Source of the DNA: Octopus vulgaris
Taxonomy: Eukaryota
Length of the DNA stretch: 64,000 nt
Assembly (NCBI GenBank): GCA_951406725.2
Contig: OX597839.1
Location: 744,001 to 808,000 of the forward strand
Reading direction: 5' to 3'
The notes below the pieces were generated by a model that had not been told where the DNA came from, made no database searches, and was given only the letters and a program-made list of their open reading frames with translations. The first letter of the stretch is position 1. Each line of letters begins with the position of its first letter. Shown here piece by piece: positions 12,520 to 26,045 of the stretch. The position numbers and the translations under genes were made by a program.

Positions 12520-12872
12520 ATAGATACGATTTGCTTTGCTAACCGTGATATTGTGAAATTTAAATTTAAATCATTTGTTCTCTTAAAATGTTTCCTATAC
12601 AAAATATAAATATATTCAGATTAAATGTAAAATATATATAAAATATATTTAATATAAAGACAAAATGCCTATAAAACATATGAAAATTATTAATTTGATC
12701 ACCGGAAATTTAGAATAGCAAATATTATATTAGGTGCTAACTAACAATAGTAGTTTTGATAAACGTAGTCGATGATATTATAACAAATTTAAATCACTGT
12801 TGTATATCTTAAATGCAGGTTTATAATATAATCTTTATGAAGTTTTTTCTTACATAACCAATATTATTAATG

Positions 12873-13380
12873 ACTAGCAGTATCACTCGGCGTTGCTCGG
12901 GTTTGTAAGGGAAATAACTATATAAGCATTTTTAGAGAGTTACTTCCCTTATAGATGCCAATTCGGGCTTTCTTAGCCATTTCTGTTTTGGTGTCTTCAA
13001 GCCATGAAGTCGTTGTTCTAAAAGAACGCTGGTCTCCTTGACAACGCTTTACGACGTTGATTTCCTTACACTCCCTCCCCCACAGCTTCACAAGGGAGGG
13101 AAGAAGGGGGAGAAGCAAACAGGTGCAGATGTGAGCGTGGACGCCAACTCCGCCGCCATCGACACACGAAAAATTATGCATTAAAATGAAATAAAAAATG
13201 ATGTTAAATTATTTTTAAAATCGTAGACTCATTGTAGACGCGCGCTAATATGCAGACGGGCTCGATATGAATCACGACTATAAGATACCTGAATTTGGTT
13301 AAACTGCACCGCAAAATGTGGGAGTAGTTAGGAATCTAAATCGAAGGGGACAGACACTCACACAACTACAGTTATATATA
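12873..13380 (-). mobile_element. Helitron-like non-autonomous element
   Basis: On the - strand it ends CCGAGCAACGCCGAG...CTGCTAG|T (subterminal hairpin plus CTAG). The same 3' end occurs at 14254-14487 (+) and 44402. Confidence 0.6.
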
Positions 13381-13909
13381 TATAAATGGATGACTTAATA
13401 AAACAGTTTATATATAAGTGCTCCTTTATATTTTCTGTAAGTATTCCTTTTATGGAGACAAATGAAAGAAAACGTGTGAGGCTAGTCCTCTTCACAGCTT
13501 TCTTGATGTATATGAATGTACATAGGGTTTCAAATGTGGGTTTTGCCATTTCATGATTGCAATTTCATTTAAAACACATTATATAATTTTATGTATGTAC
13601 ATGTGCATGAATGCATGTCTATACCATGATTTTGACCATGGGAAAGTTACCTCAGTTTATTTGCTGGTCATGCATGAATTGTTCTCGAGTATCTTTTGAG
13701 ACGTATTTGTAATCCAAAGCCAATAATTTGGTGTGATATTTTATATAAGGAAATCAATCGATAATTAATTGGAATGATGATAATGTTACCATTAAAAAGA
13801 TCAGCAACATGCTTCTTAATGATTTTAAATGAAATAAATGCAGAATTATGTAAAAACTTATGGTTCTTGTTTTTATTTTTTAACAACATTACTCATGTGC
13901 AAGTAACAA

Positions 13910-13945
<36 letters not shown>

Positions 13946-14027
13946 TGTATGTATGTATGTATGTATGTATGTATGTATGTATGTATGTATGTTTGTATGT
14001 ATGTTTGTTTGTATGTATGTATGTTTG

Positions 14028-14075
<48 letters not shown>

Positions 14076-14076
14076 A

Positions 14077-14121
<45 letters not shown>

Positions 14122-14253
14122 TATGGTACTTAAGTCAGATGCACCAGAATTTTGTACGGTATTATTCATATAAATCTATGGGGTGATTATAATCAAAGTA
14201 AGCAACAAAGTAACCGAATTACCGAAAATATTCTTGTTGCTTACTTTGATTAT

Positions 14254-14487
14254 CTCTCTCTATATAAACGGCAGTTTGTCTGTGCGTGTTTCTGTGTGTC
14301 TGTTTGGTCGAGAATCAGAAACACAAACCGCAAACTGTCTAGGGGACGCAACTCCACCTTTTTACTCTCAAAAAAAATTTACCATCATTTTTTTCCATTT
14401 TTTGGCTATTTTTTGGCTATAACTCTCTAAAAATGCTTTATAGTTATTTCCCTTACAAACCTGAGCAACGCCGGGCGATACTGCTAG
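14254..14487 (+). mobile_element. Helitron-like non-autonomous element
   Basis: TC... start, then ...GAGCAACGCCGGGCGATACTGCTAG|T end. Confidence 0.6.
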
Positions 14488-14520
14488 TATATAAATATAT
14501 ATATATATATATTTTTTTTT

Positions 14521-14881
14521 TCTTGTTTCAGTCATTTGACTGAGGCCATACTGGAGGACCCGGGACTTATTCTTTGTAAGCCCAGTACTTATTCCATCGG
14601 TCTCTTTTGCCGAACCTCTAAGTGACGAGGACGTAAACATACCAGCATCGGTTGTCAAGCAATGCTAGGGGGACAAACACAGACACACACACACACATAC
14701 ATATATATACATATATACGACAGGCTTCTTTCAGTTTCCGTCTACCAAATTCACTCACAAGGCGTTGGTCTGCCCGATGCTATAGCCGAAGACACTCGCC
14801 CAAGGTGCTACGCAGTGGGACTGAACCCGGAACCATGTGGCTGGTAAGCAAGCTACTTACCACACAGCCACTCCTGCGCCT
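14521..14881 (-). mobile_element. SINE family 1 copy
   Basis: Matches 1505-1919 with an internal deletion. Confidence 0.85.
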
Positions 14882-14916
<35 letters not shown>

Positions 14917-14947
14917 ATATATACATACACACACACACACACACACA

Positions 14948-16084
14948 ACGGAGCATATTCGACATATTTTGCTTTATGAGTTCAATGAAGGCAACAACGC
15001 ATCGAAAAGCGCGAGGAAAATTAATGCAGCGGCATATGAGGATCTGTTTTAAACGGTAGTTCCAGAAATTTCGAACCGGAAACTACAGCCTAGAAAACGA
15101 GCCTCGTCCTAGAAGATCTGTAGCGCTTGATGAGGACGTCCTGCAAAATGTAGTGGAACAAAATTCCATCGTTGCTGTTGAGGAACTAGCAGAGAAGCTT
15201 GGATTTGGTCAGTCAACCATTCATTGACACCTGCACTGGAAGAAAAACGACCATCTTTGGTTTTTTTCCCATCAGAATAATGCTCGGCCACTAAGGCGGC
15301 GAGCTGGCAGAAACGTTAGCACGCCGGGCGAAATGCTGAGCGGTATTTCGTCTGCCGCTACGTTCTGAGTTCAAATTCCGCCGAGGTCGACTTTGCCTTT
15401 CATCCTTTCGGGGTCGATAAATTAAGTACCAGTTACGCACTGGGGTCGATGTAATCGACTTAATACTTATTTCTGTCCTTGTTTGTCCCCTCTGTGTTTA
15501 GCCCCTTGTGGGCAATAAAGAAATAGGTATTTCGTCTGCCGCTACGTTCTGAGTTCAAATTCCGTCGAGGTCGACTTTGCCTTTCATCCTTTCGGGGTCG
15601 ATAAATTAAGTACCAGTTACACACTGGGGCCGTTATAAGCGACTTAATCCGTGTGTCTGTCCTTGTTTGTCCCCTCTGTGTTTAGCCCCTTGTGGGTAGT
15701 AAAGAAATAGAATAATGCTCGGCCACATACAGCGAGGATGACATTCCAAAGGGTGGAGAAGTTTGAATGGGAAACGATGCCCAGCCTCCATATTCGTCGG
15801 ATACTGACACCCATCTGATTATTATTTATTCCGCAGTCTTCAAAATCATTTGGACGGAAATAATATGAATTCTGTAGACGAGGTCAGAATAGTACAGGAG
15901 GAGTAGTTTACATCACGGGCAAGTGAATTTTGGAAGCGGGACTTTGCAAGTTTAGCTGATAGATGGAAGAGCACTGTACAAAAATGAAGGACAGTATATT
16001 TTAGATTAAAAAAAAAACAACTTTGTCTATTTTAATTTTGAAAAATAAAAGAAGTATAAAAAATGCATTGTTTATGAGATGACC

Positions 16085-16088
<4 letters not shown>
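14948..16088 (+). mobile_element. Decayed mariner (Tc1/mariner) transposon
   Basis: EHIRHILLYEFNEGNNASKSARKIN N-terminus, HQNNARPH (cf. HDNARPH), PPYSSD.../PSDYYLFRSLQNHLDG (cf. YSPDLAPSDY). Contains deletions and frameshifts. Ends at TA. Confidence 0.8.
15294..15708 (+). mobile_element. SINE family 2 (Meta/RUDI-like central domain), two-unit copy with 18-bp TSD
   Basis: Head GGCGGCGAGCTGGCAGAAACGTTAG, B box GAGTTCAAATTCC, and CCTTTCATCCTTTCGGGGTCGATAAATTAAGTACC. TSD AGAATAATGCTCGGCCAC at 15274-15291 and 15709-15726. Confidence 0.85.
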
Positions 16089-16124
<36 letters not shown>

Positions 16125-16395
16125 CCGTGATCACCGAGACCGACCAGGCTATCTGATGTTGCTACACATCGCTGGTCACAATGCGCTTCGCATTGTTTTA
16201 GCCTTCAAATGACGCCACCCCGATGGCTAAGCGAGCAGGCCAACAGAAGAAAGAGTGAGAGAAAGTTGTGGCGAAAGAGTACAGCAGGGATCGCCAGCAC
16301 CCCCTGCCGGAGCCTCGTGGAGCTTTAGGTGTTTTCACTCAATAAACACTCACATCGCCTGGTCCGGGAATGGAAACCGCGATCCTACGACCATG
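16125..16395 (-). mobile_element. tRNA-derived SINE family 3 (partial)
   Basis: Reverse complement of the head and body of 35490-35650. Confidence 0.7.
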
Positions 16396-17214
16396 ACCAG
16401 TTGAAAAACCGCTACGAACTTTTTTACCAACCCAATATATGTGTGTGTATACATGTATATATCTATGTGAGTGTGTCTTGTACACCACTATCGTTTGATA
16501 ATCGGTGTTCATGCGTTTACGTACCCGTAAATTTAACGCTTATGTAAAAGTGCCCCATAAAATAAGTACTCTGTCGAGGAAATAATTCCTGGGGTCGATA
16601 TGTTCGACTAAAACTATGACGGGTAAAGTTAAAAAAAACACATTAAATAATATATTCCTAGATACACTATGACGGGTAAAATAAAGAAAAGGGTGAAGAA
16701 GAGTTGATGATGGATAATTAGGGTTTCTTGGTTGACCCTAGTTAACTGTCCCTTTGCAGGATTCCCCTGCTTTTCATTCACTTTTATTGTAATGTCGTTT
16801 TTAACTTTCGTTTGCTAGACAGTAATACAGCTAAGAGTTACTTCCCTGGGATTTAACAAGAGTTGTCTCCCTTGTCAAAATTACTCGATTCTTTCAAGAT
16901 ACACATTTTCATACGTTTCACTCACTCAATATGTTTCTTAAAGTTCTTCGCATTAGTCAGTTTTTTTTTTTTTCCATATATTTTACCTGTCTTTGTCATT
17001 AGACTACGACCATGCTGGAGCACTACATTAAAGGGATTAGTAAAAAAAAATCGAAATCATTTGCTGTTTTTTCAGTGTAGAACGAATTCCGCTGGGGTCT
17101 TTTCTTGAACGGCTCTCATATTGGGATGCAAACAAACCAGCATTGTGATGAAGTGATGGGGGAGGGGGAGGCATAAAAAATAAAAAAGGACATATATTTA
17201 TGTGGATGTTTATA

Positions 17215-18933
17215 TATCTCTATGTATGTATGCATGTATTTATGTTTGTATATATGTATGCATGTATGTGTGTATGTGTGTGTGTATGTATGTTTTTATG
17301 TATGTATGTATGTATATGTGCATGCATGTATGTATGTACGTAAGTACGTACGTACGTATGTATGTATGTATATATGTATGCATGCATGTATGTACGTATG
17401 TATGTATGTATGCATGTATATATGCATGCATGCATGTATATATGTATGTATGTGTGTATGCATGCATGTATGTATGTATGTATGTATGTATGTATGCATG
17501 CATGTATGTATGTATGCATGCAGCAATGCATGAGTGTATGTATGTATGTATATATGTATGTATGTTTGTATGTATGTATGTATGTATGTGTGTTTGCATG
17601 CATGCATGTATGTATGTATGTATGTATGTATGCATGTATGTATGTATGCATGCATGTATGTATGTATGTATCTATGTTTGTATGTATGTATACATGTATG
17701 CATGCATGCATGCATGTATGTATGCATGCATGCAAGTATATGTATGTACATATGCATGCATGTATGTATGTATGCATGCATGCATGTATGTACGTATGTA
17801 TGCAAGCATGCATGTATGTACGTATGTATGTATGTATGCATGTATGTATGCATGTATGTATGTATGTATGCATGCATGTATGTATGTATGCATGCATGCA
17901 TGTATGTATGTATGTATGTATGTATGTATGTATGTATGTATGTATGTGTGTATGTATGTATGTATGTATGCATGCATGTATGTATGTATGCATGCATGTA
18001 TGCATGTATGTATGTATGTATGTATGTATGTAGGTATGTATGTGTGTAAGTACGTATGTATGCATGCATGTATGTTTGTATGTTTGCATGCATGCATGTA
18101 TGCATGTATCCATGCATGCATGTATGTATGCATGCATGCGTACATGCATGTATGTATGTAAGTATGTATGTGTGTATGAATGCATGCATGTATGTAAGTA
18201 TGTGTGTTTGTATGTATGTATGTATGTATGCATGCATGTATGTATGTATATGTGTGTATGTATGTATGTATGCATGCATGTGTGTATGTATGTATGCATG
18301 CATGCATGTATGTATGCATGCATGTATGTATGTATATATGTATGAATAGCATGCATGCATGTATGTTTGTATGTATCTATGTATGTGTGTATGCATGCAT
18401 GTACCCATCTATGCATGTATGCATGCATGTATGTATGTATGTATGCATGTATGTATGTACGTATATATGTGTGTATGTATGTATGCATGCATGTATGTAT
18501 GTATGTATGTTTGCATGCATGCATGCATGTATGTATGTATCCATGTATTCATGTATGTATGTATGTATGTATGTATGCATGCACGCATGCATGTATGTTT
18601 GCATGCATGCATGCATGTATGTATGTATGTATGCATGCATGTATGTATGTATGTATCTATATATGCATATATGCATGTATGTATGCATGCATGCATACAT
18701 GTGTGTATATATGTATGTATGTGTGTATGCATGCATGCATGTATGTATATATGCATGCATGTATGTACGTATGTATGTGTGTATGTATGTATGTATGCAT
18801 GTATGCATGTATGTATGCATGTATCCATGCATGTATGTATGTATGTATGTATGTATGTATATGTTTGTGTATGTATGTATGTATGCATGTATGTATGCAT
18901 ATATGTATATATGCATGTATGAATGTATATATG

Positions 18934-18965
<32 letters not shown>

Positions 18966-19070
18966 CATGCATGCATGTATGTATGTATGTATGTATGTAT
19001 GTATGTATGTATGTATGTATGTATGTATGTATGTATGTATGTATGTGTGTATGTATGTATGTATGTATGT
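17215..19070. repeat. 1.9-kb compound (ATGT/ATGC)n microsatellite
   Basis: Directly visible. It is the source of the MYVC/HTYI pseudo-ORFs. Confidence 0.95.
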
Positions 19071-19370
19071 AAACATATCGTGTCAGTATGTCATTTACGA
19101 CGACGACGGTACCAGTTGAACCGGTTTCGAAATCGGATCCGCGATCCTACGACATCGATCCTACAACCACGAGTCCACTGCCCTAACCACATTGCACCTC
19201 CAGTATATAATTGTGAGGACGAACGAGCTCTGTTTTGTACTCTTCTACGTTCCTACTGAGACACAATTTAAATATAGATATGTTTTATTTATATTCCTGA
19301 GCGCCATACTAATACAATTCTTTGTACTCCACCTGCCTTCGTCATTTGTTTATTTTCATAAAGCTTCCCG

Positions 19371-19426
<56 letters not shown>

Positions 19427-19635
19427 TATATATACGTATCTATATTTTAATTGTATTTCAATAGGAACGAAGAAGAGTACAAAATAGAGCTCGTTCGTCC
19501 TCACAATTACCAGATACCCGGTAATGTTACGTTATGCTTCCAAGTCTAGTTTTAGGCATTCATCGGGTGTGTAGCGTTTGTTAAATACTTGTCTAACATC
19601 TCATTCTTGTTGACTCTATTTTATATAATTGTATG

Positions 19636-19732
<97 letters not shown>

Positions 19733-20094
19733 TCTACGAATCCCTTTACTGAAGTGTTCCAGCATGGCCGCAGTCTAATGACTGAGACAGACAAAAGATA
19801 TGGAATGAAAAAAAAAATTGATTAATGCGAAGAAACTTAAGAAACATACTGAGTGTGTGAAACGTACGAAAATACGTCTTAAAAGTGTTTAATAGCTATG
19901 ACAAGGGAGGCCACTCTTATTAAATCCCAGGGAAGTAACTCAGCAGAATTATCGTCTAGGAAAGGAAAATTTAAAGCGGCAGTACAGAAAAAGTGAATGA
20001 AAGGCAGGGTAATCCTGCAAAGGGACAGTTAACTAGGGTCAACCAAGAAACCCTAATTATCCATCATCAATATTCTTCACCTTTTCCTTATTTT

Positions 20095-20495
20095 ACCCGT
20101 CATAGTGTATCTAGGAATATATTATCTAATGTGTCTTTTACATTTTATTGATGTTTTTTAGCCCAAGAATCGACCTTATCAAGCTGAATTATCATTAACT
20201 CTTTTCCACCCGTGACCTCACGACTGTTTATCAGGCATGGTGTATCCAGGAATGCATTATTTAATGTATCTTTACCTTTTATTGTTGTTGTTTAGACCCA
20301 GATTCGACCTGATCAAGCTGAGTTATCAATAAAACATTTCCACTCGTGACTATCACGACTGTTTATCAGGCACAGTGTGTCTAGGAATACATAATTTAAT
20401 GTATCCTTACATCTTTGTTGTTGTTGTTGTTGTTTAACCTCAGATTCGATCTGATGAATCTGAGTTGTCATTAGATCTCTTCAATCCGTGACCAT
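20095..20495. repeat. Three diverged tandem copies of a ~135-bp unit
   Basis: CA(T/C)(A/G)GTGT(A/G)TC(T/C)AGGAAT recurs at 20101, 20236 and 20371. Confidence 0.75.
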
Positions 20496-21276
20496 CACGT
20501 TCATTTATAATCTCATGTGTCCTGTTTTCTAATGCATCATTTTCTCGGCAACATGTTTAAATGGAGCAGTACCCCCATGAAATTTCTTAAATTTTCAATG
20601 TTGATGAAATTTCAACCATGGGTAATTGACACACATCAAGAAGTATTCTCAAAGTTTCCACTTCACACGAGGATTCTAAGACACCCTAATGGGAGCCTTA
20701 ACTCCCAAATTTTAGTCATTTCTTTATGATCCAAAAGTAGGTCAAAAATACTGAATGGATCTTTACGAAATTTGGAAATTATATTCTATGCATAAGGGCC
20801 ATAATCCCCATGACAATTCATATATTTTTGCAGTTGACGAAATTTTAACCATAGATATTAGACACAAATGAAGTAATACTTATAAAATTTCATCTTCTTA
20901 CAAGTTAGAAAGACCCCTCCATGGGGACTTAACACCCACAATTTTGTCATTTTATCTAAGTAAAGACGAATACAGTTGTACTCTTGGAAGCTGTAGGGTC
21001 ACCCGAGCATAAAAGATGAGCATTATTTGTAATTCAATGGTACAACAGTGTAAGAGTTTGCTTTGACATACAACTAGATCCAGTTTTTGAATCCATAAAG
21101 AACATACACAAACCTTGTTTTATATATTAAGATATATATACAAATATATACACACACATATATATATATGTATCTTTATACACACACACATATGTATGTT
21201 TATATATAAATATAAATGAGAGAGAGAGAGTGAGAGTGAGGGAATGAGAGTGGAAGCGAGGGTGTGAAGGCATTAA

Positions 21277-22805
21277 GAACGTAACGGCAGACGAAATACC
21301 TATTTCTTTACTACCCACAAGGGGTTAAACACAGAGGGGACAAACAAGGACAGACAAACGGATTAAGCCGATTACATCGACCCCAGTGCGTAACTGGTAC
21401 TTAATTTATCGACCCCGAAAGGATGAAAGGCAAAGTCGACCTTGGCGGAATTTGAACTCAGAACGTAACGGCAGACGAAATACCTATTTCTTTACTACCC
21501 ACAAGGGGTTAAACACAGAAGGGACAAACAAGGACAGACAAACGGATTAAGCCGATTACATCGACCCCAGTGCGTAACTGGTACTTAATTTATCGACCCC
21601 GAAAGGATGAAAGGCAAAGTCGACCTTGGCGGAATTTGAACTCAGAACGTAACGGCAGACGAAATACCTATTTCTTTACAACCCACAAGGGGTTAAACAC
21701 AGAGGGGACAAACAAGGACAGACAAACGGATTAAGCCGATTACATCTACCCCAGTGCGTAACTGGTACTTAATTTATCAAGCCCGAAAGGATGAAAGGCA
21801 AAGTCGACCTTGGCGGAATTTGAACTCAGAACGTAACGGCAGACGAAATACTATTTCTTTACTACCCACAAGGGGTTAAACACAGAGGGGACAAACAAGG
21901 ACAGACAAACGGATTAAGCCGATTACATCGACCCCAGTGCGTAACTGGTACTTAATTTATTAAGCCCGAAAGGATGAAAGGCAAAGTCGACCTTGGCGGA
22001 ATTTGAACTCAGAACGTAACGGCAGACGAAATACCTATTTCTTTACTACCCACAAGGGGTTAAACACAGAGGGGACAAACAAGGACAGACAAACAGATTA
22101 AGCCGATTACATCGACCCCAGTGCGTAACTGGTACTTAATTTATCAAGCCCGAAAGGATGAAAGGCAAAGTCGACCTTGGCGGAATTTGAACTCAGAACG
22201 TAACGGCAGACGAAATACCTATTTCTTTACTACCCACAAGGGGTTAAACACAGAGGGGACAAACAAGGACAGACAAACGGATTAAGCCGATTACATCTAC
22301 CCCAGTGCGTAACTGGTACTTAATTTATCAAGCCCGAAAGGATAAAAGGCAAAGTCGACCTTGGCAGAGTTTGAACTCAGAACGTAACGGCAGACGAAAT
22401 ACCTATTTCATTACTACCCACAAGGGGTTAAACACAGAGGGGACAAACAAGGACAGACAAACGGATTAAGCCGATTACATCGACCCCAGTGCGTAACTGG
22501 TACTTAATTTATCAAGCCCGAAATGATGAAAGGCAAAGTCGACCTTGGCAGAATTTGAACTCAGAACGTAACGGCAGACGAAATACCTATTTCTTTACTA
22601 CCCACAAGGGGTTAAACAAGAGCAGACAAACGGATTAAGCCGATTACATCGACCCCAGTGCGTAACTGGTACTTAATTTATCGACCCCGAAAGGATGAAA
22701 GGGAAACTCGACCTCGGTGGAATTTGAACTCAGAACGTAACGGCAGACGAAATAGAGCTACGCATTTTGCCTGGCGTGCTAATGTTTCTGCCAGCTCGCC
22801 GCCTA
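21277..22805 (-). repeat. SINE family 2 tandem array: one head plus eight ~184-bp body units
   Basis: GAACGTAACGGCAGACG recurs at 21277, 21461, 21645, 21829, 22012, 22196, 22380, 22564 and 22733. The head occurs only at ~22750-22805. Confidence 0.92.
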
Positions 22806-23152
22806 ATAGATTGTACGTGATAATGAAACTCTTTTAAAAGTAGTCAAATGCCACAGCTACAACATTGAAATCGTTGCCTCAATGAGGTCAGTTAAGCACA
22901 TCACAAAGTACACACTGAAAGGAAATGACTAAGCTACCATTCAAATAAACAATGATAATGAAGTTAGTCAATATCTAATGGGTAGGTGTACTGGACCATC
23001 TGAAGTAGTTGCATCCATTTTAGGATTTTCAATTCATGAAAGAGCACCTGCAATAGGGAGACTGCAACAGATCAGAACAATACAGTTCTATATTTAAGAG
23101 ATGAGGAATTATGTACATTATTTACATTTACATTATTTACGCTTATACCCAT

Positions 23153-23245
23153 GGGTATATGGCATAGTGGTTAAGAGTGCAGGCTACTAACCCCAAGATT
23201 CCGAGTTCGATTCCAGGCAATGGCCTGAATAATAATAATAATAAT
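23153..23245 (+). mobile_element. Simple tRNA-like SINE with (AAT)n tail
   Basis: TGGCATAGTGG A box, GAGTTCGATTCC B box, then directly (AAT)n. Relatives at 55157, 57878 and 61001. Confidence 0.7.
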
Positions 23246-23299
23246 TTTTTTCTTTTTACATATGTAAAAACTGCCATAGAACTGCTATTATAAGAAGGT

Positions 23300-24125
23300 C
23301 AGGCTTGTGTAGGATGGAAGATTGCAAAGATAAAGCACTATACAAGAAATTAAAGACGAATGAAACTGAAAATAGGTGGGTAAAGAAAAGAATGCATGGT
23401 CAATTTCATAGCGATGTTGAAGATAAGACAGATAGAGAAAAAGATGGCTGTGGATGACTAAAAGTGATTTAAAACCGGAAACGGAGGCCCTAATCTGTGC
23501 TGCCCAAGAGCAGGCACTAAGAACAAACTACATAAAATACAGCATAGACAACACATCAAAAAGTGATAAGTGCAGAATTTGTGGACAAACTGGTGAAGCC
23601 GTATGGCATATTACCAGCCAATGTACACCACTAGCCAAGAAGGAACATTAGAAACGCCACGACCAGCCAGGCTGGTCCATTGGACACTTTGCAACAAGTA
23701 TGGACTTGGCAGAGCAAAAAATTGGTACAACCACAAACCTGAAAGCATTATCAAAAATAGAAATGCAAAGATCCTATGGGATTTTATGATTCAGTGCGAC
23801 CATGAGATAGAGAATAGGAAGCCAGAAATAGTCTTAATTGAGAAAGAATACAAACTACGCTGGATCATAGATATAGCATGCCCAGCTGACAACAAGATAT
23901 GCAATAAGGAAGAAAGAAAAGTCGAAAGATATGACAGGTTAGCAAGGGAAGTTAAGCAGTTGTGGTCAATGAAAAAGGTGGTAGTAGTACCAATAATTGT
24001 CAGAGCCCTGGGAACAGTGAGTAAAAATCTCGAGAAGTACATGGAACAAATAGGGGCTGCAATAAGGGTGGAGCACTTGCAGAAAACAGCACTGCTTGGA
24101 ACCGCTGGAATATTCCAGAAGGTGC
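23300..24125 (+). mobile_element. R4/Dong-type LINE fragment (Zn knuckle plus REL endonuclease)
   Basis: KPETEALICAAQEQALRTN, CRICG...HITSQC, KILWDF...KPEIV...IIDIACP...KVERY...LQKTALLGTA. Confidence 0.85.
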
Positions 24126-24813
24126 CAGTCAAGACAGTGCTGGCATCGACCACGTTCGGATGGTGCTTTTTACATGCCACCAGCTTTGGGGCCAGTCAGG
24201 CAGCACTGGCATCAGCCACGCTTGAATGGTGCCTTTTATGTACTACTGGCATGGGTACCAATCAGGTGGCACTGGCATCGGCCATGAATACAATTTCACT
24301 TGACTCAACAGGTCTTCTCAAGCACAACATTTATATATACATATATATATATAAACAAAAGTACAAAATAGTACCAACATTACTAGAAATAAGAGTTTAA
24401 AAAATGACTCAAAAAGCCAAAAAAGCACAATCTGGTACTATTTTGTACCCTTGTTTATTAATTTGCCTTTAAGTTTTAATTGCTAATGGTCCATCTATAT
24501 GATAATATATTTATATATTGTATTATTTTATTTATACCATATATATATAGTGAGAGAGAGAGAGAGAAATATTTTTGGATCGTGGAAATATTTTTGAAAT
24601 ACTCGCGAACATATGTTTATGAGTTCCGTACTGAAAAGATTCAACATGACAAAGAGTGTTACAAGACTGGCTCTTTGAAATTCAGGTCCACTCATTTTTG
24701 GAACAATGTGCGTGAGTTGGTCAAGGACACAACGCGCCGTTGGTAATCGAACTCACGGCCTTGAGATCGTGAGCCGATTACCCTAACCACTAATCCACGC
24801 GCCTTCATTTAAT

Positions 24814-24859
<46 letters not shown>

Positions 24860-24949
24860 GCACACACAGACGCATACTTACATACGTACCTCCGTACATA
24901 CATACATACACACGTAAGTACGTACGTACGTACGTACTCTCTGCATTCA

Positions 24950-25600
24950 ATGAAACAGTGGCTCACAATTTGTTTGCTCTGCCAGCACTCATACCAACAT
25001 TTGGGTTGCTTGATTGGACTCTAGATGTGAAAACCCGAAAGGTACTAAGAAGCACATATAATTTCAACATAAATAGTGACATAGACCGCCTCTACCAAAA
25101 ACGAAAACAAGGCGGCAGAGTCTTAACATCGATCCAAAATGCGTTTGAATGCCGCATCATATCCCTTCAGCAACATCTTTTAACCAGAAAGTGTAGAAGT
25201 GCATCTCTTGACCAAGTTTGCATACATGAGGCTGATAATATCATAAGTCATGGAAGGCAGCTCCTTGAGCAACACACTTTGTCTGATAACCTATAATACA
25301 TGGCAAAAGAAGTCACACGACTCTAACGCAACATATCAGATGAAAGGATGAGCCTATATGAGCAGAATACTATGCATGGATATATCAGTAAGAAGCACCG
25401 TGGTGATAGGAACATCGGTCATTAAAGCAGTTTATCATCGACCAATAGCTGGATTACTACCCCCCCACTTTGAAGGGCAAGCGTTTGCAATCGAGGAAGA
25501 GGAAATACCAACGATGTACATGATGCAAAAAAGGGATACACAAGCAGGAAAAAGCAGTAAAATGTAACAACCAATGCAGACAGAGAGGGGAATATGTTGA
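24950..25600 (+). mobile_element. Decayed R4/Dong-type LINE fragment
   Basis: LLDWT...KTRK...SDIDRLY...GGR is collinear with the ORF at 50358-51926. Confidence 0.7.
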
Positions 25601-25883
25601 ATATACTCATAACTGATACACCACCACAACAGCCACCACCGCAACCACCACCGCCACCACCACCGCCGCCACCACCACCACCACCACCACCACCACCGCC
25701 ATCACCACCAAAACCATCGCCACCACCAACAACGCCGACTCCACAACCACCACCACCGCCACCGCCACCATGGCCAGCAACATTTCAGCACCATCTCGTA
25801 TACATAAACACACACACATACATATGTATATATGTGTGTGTATGTATATATATATATAGATATATATAAGTATATATACATAT

Positions 25884-25925
<42 letters not shown>

Positions 25926-25927
25926 AT

Positions 25928-26025
<98 letters not shown>

Positions 26026-26045
26026 TTCTTTATAGCCCGCGTAAC

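Noticed and set aside
17202-19259. Long MYVC/HTYI ORFs (up to 434 aa)
   Set aside because: Translations of a stop-free tetranucleotide microsatellite, open in nearly all frames.
21277-22805. CRISPR array or retrozyme
   Set aside because: No unique spacers, eukaryotic context, and no hammerhead core found in the 184-bp unit on either strand.
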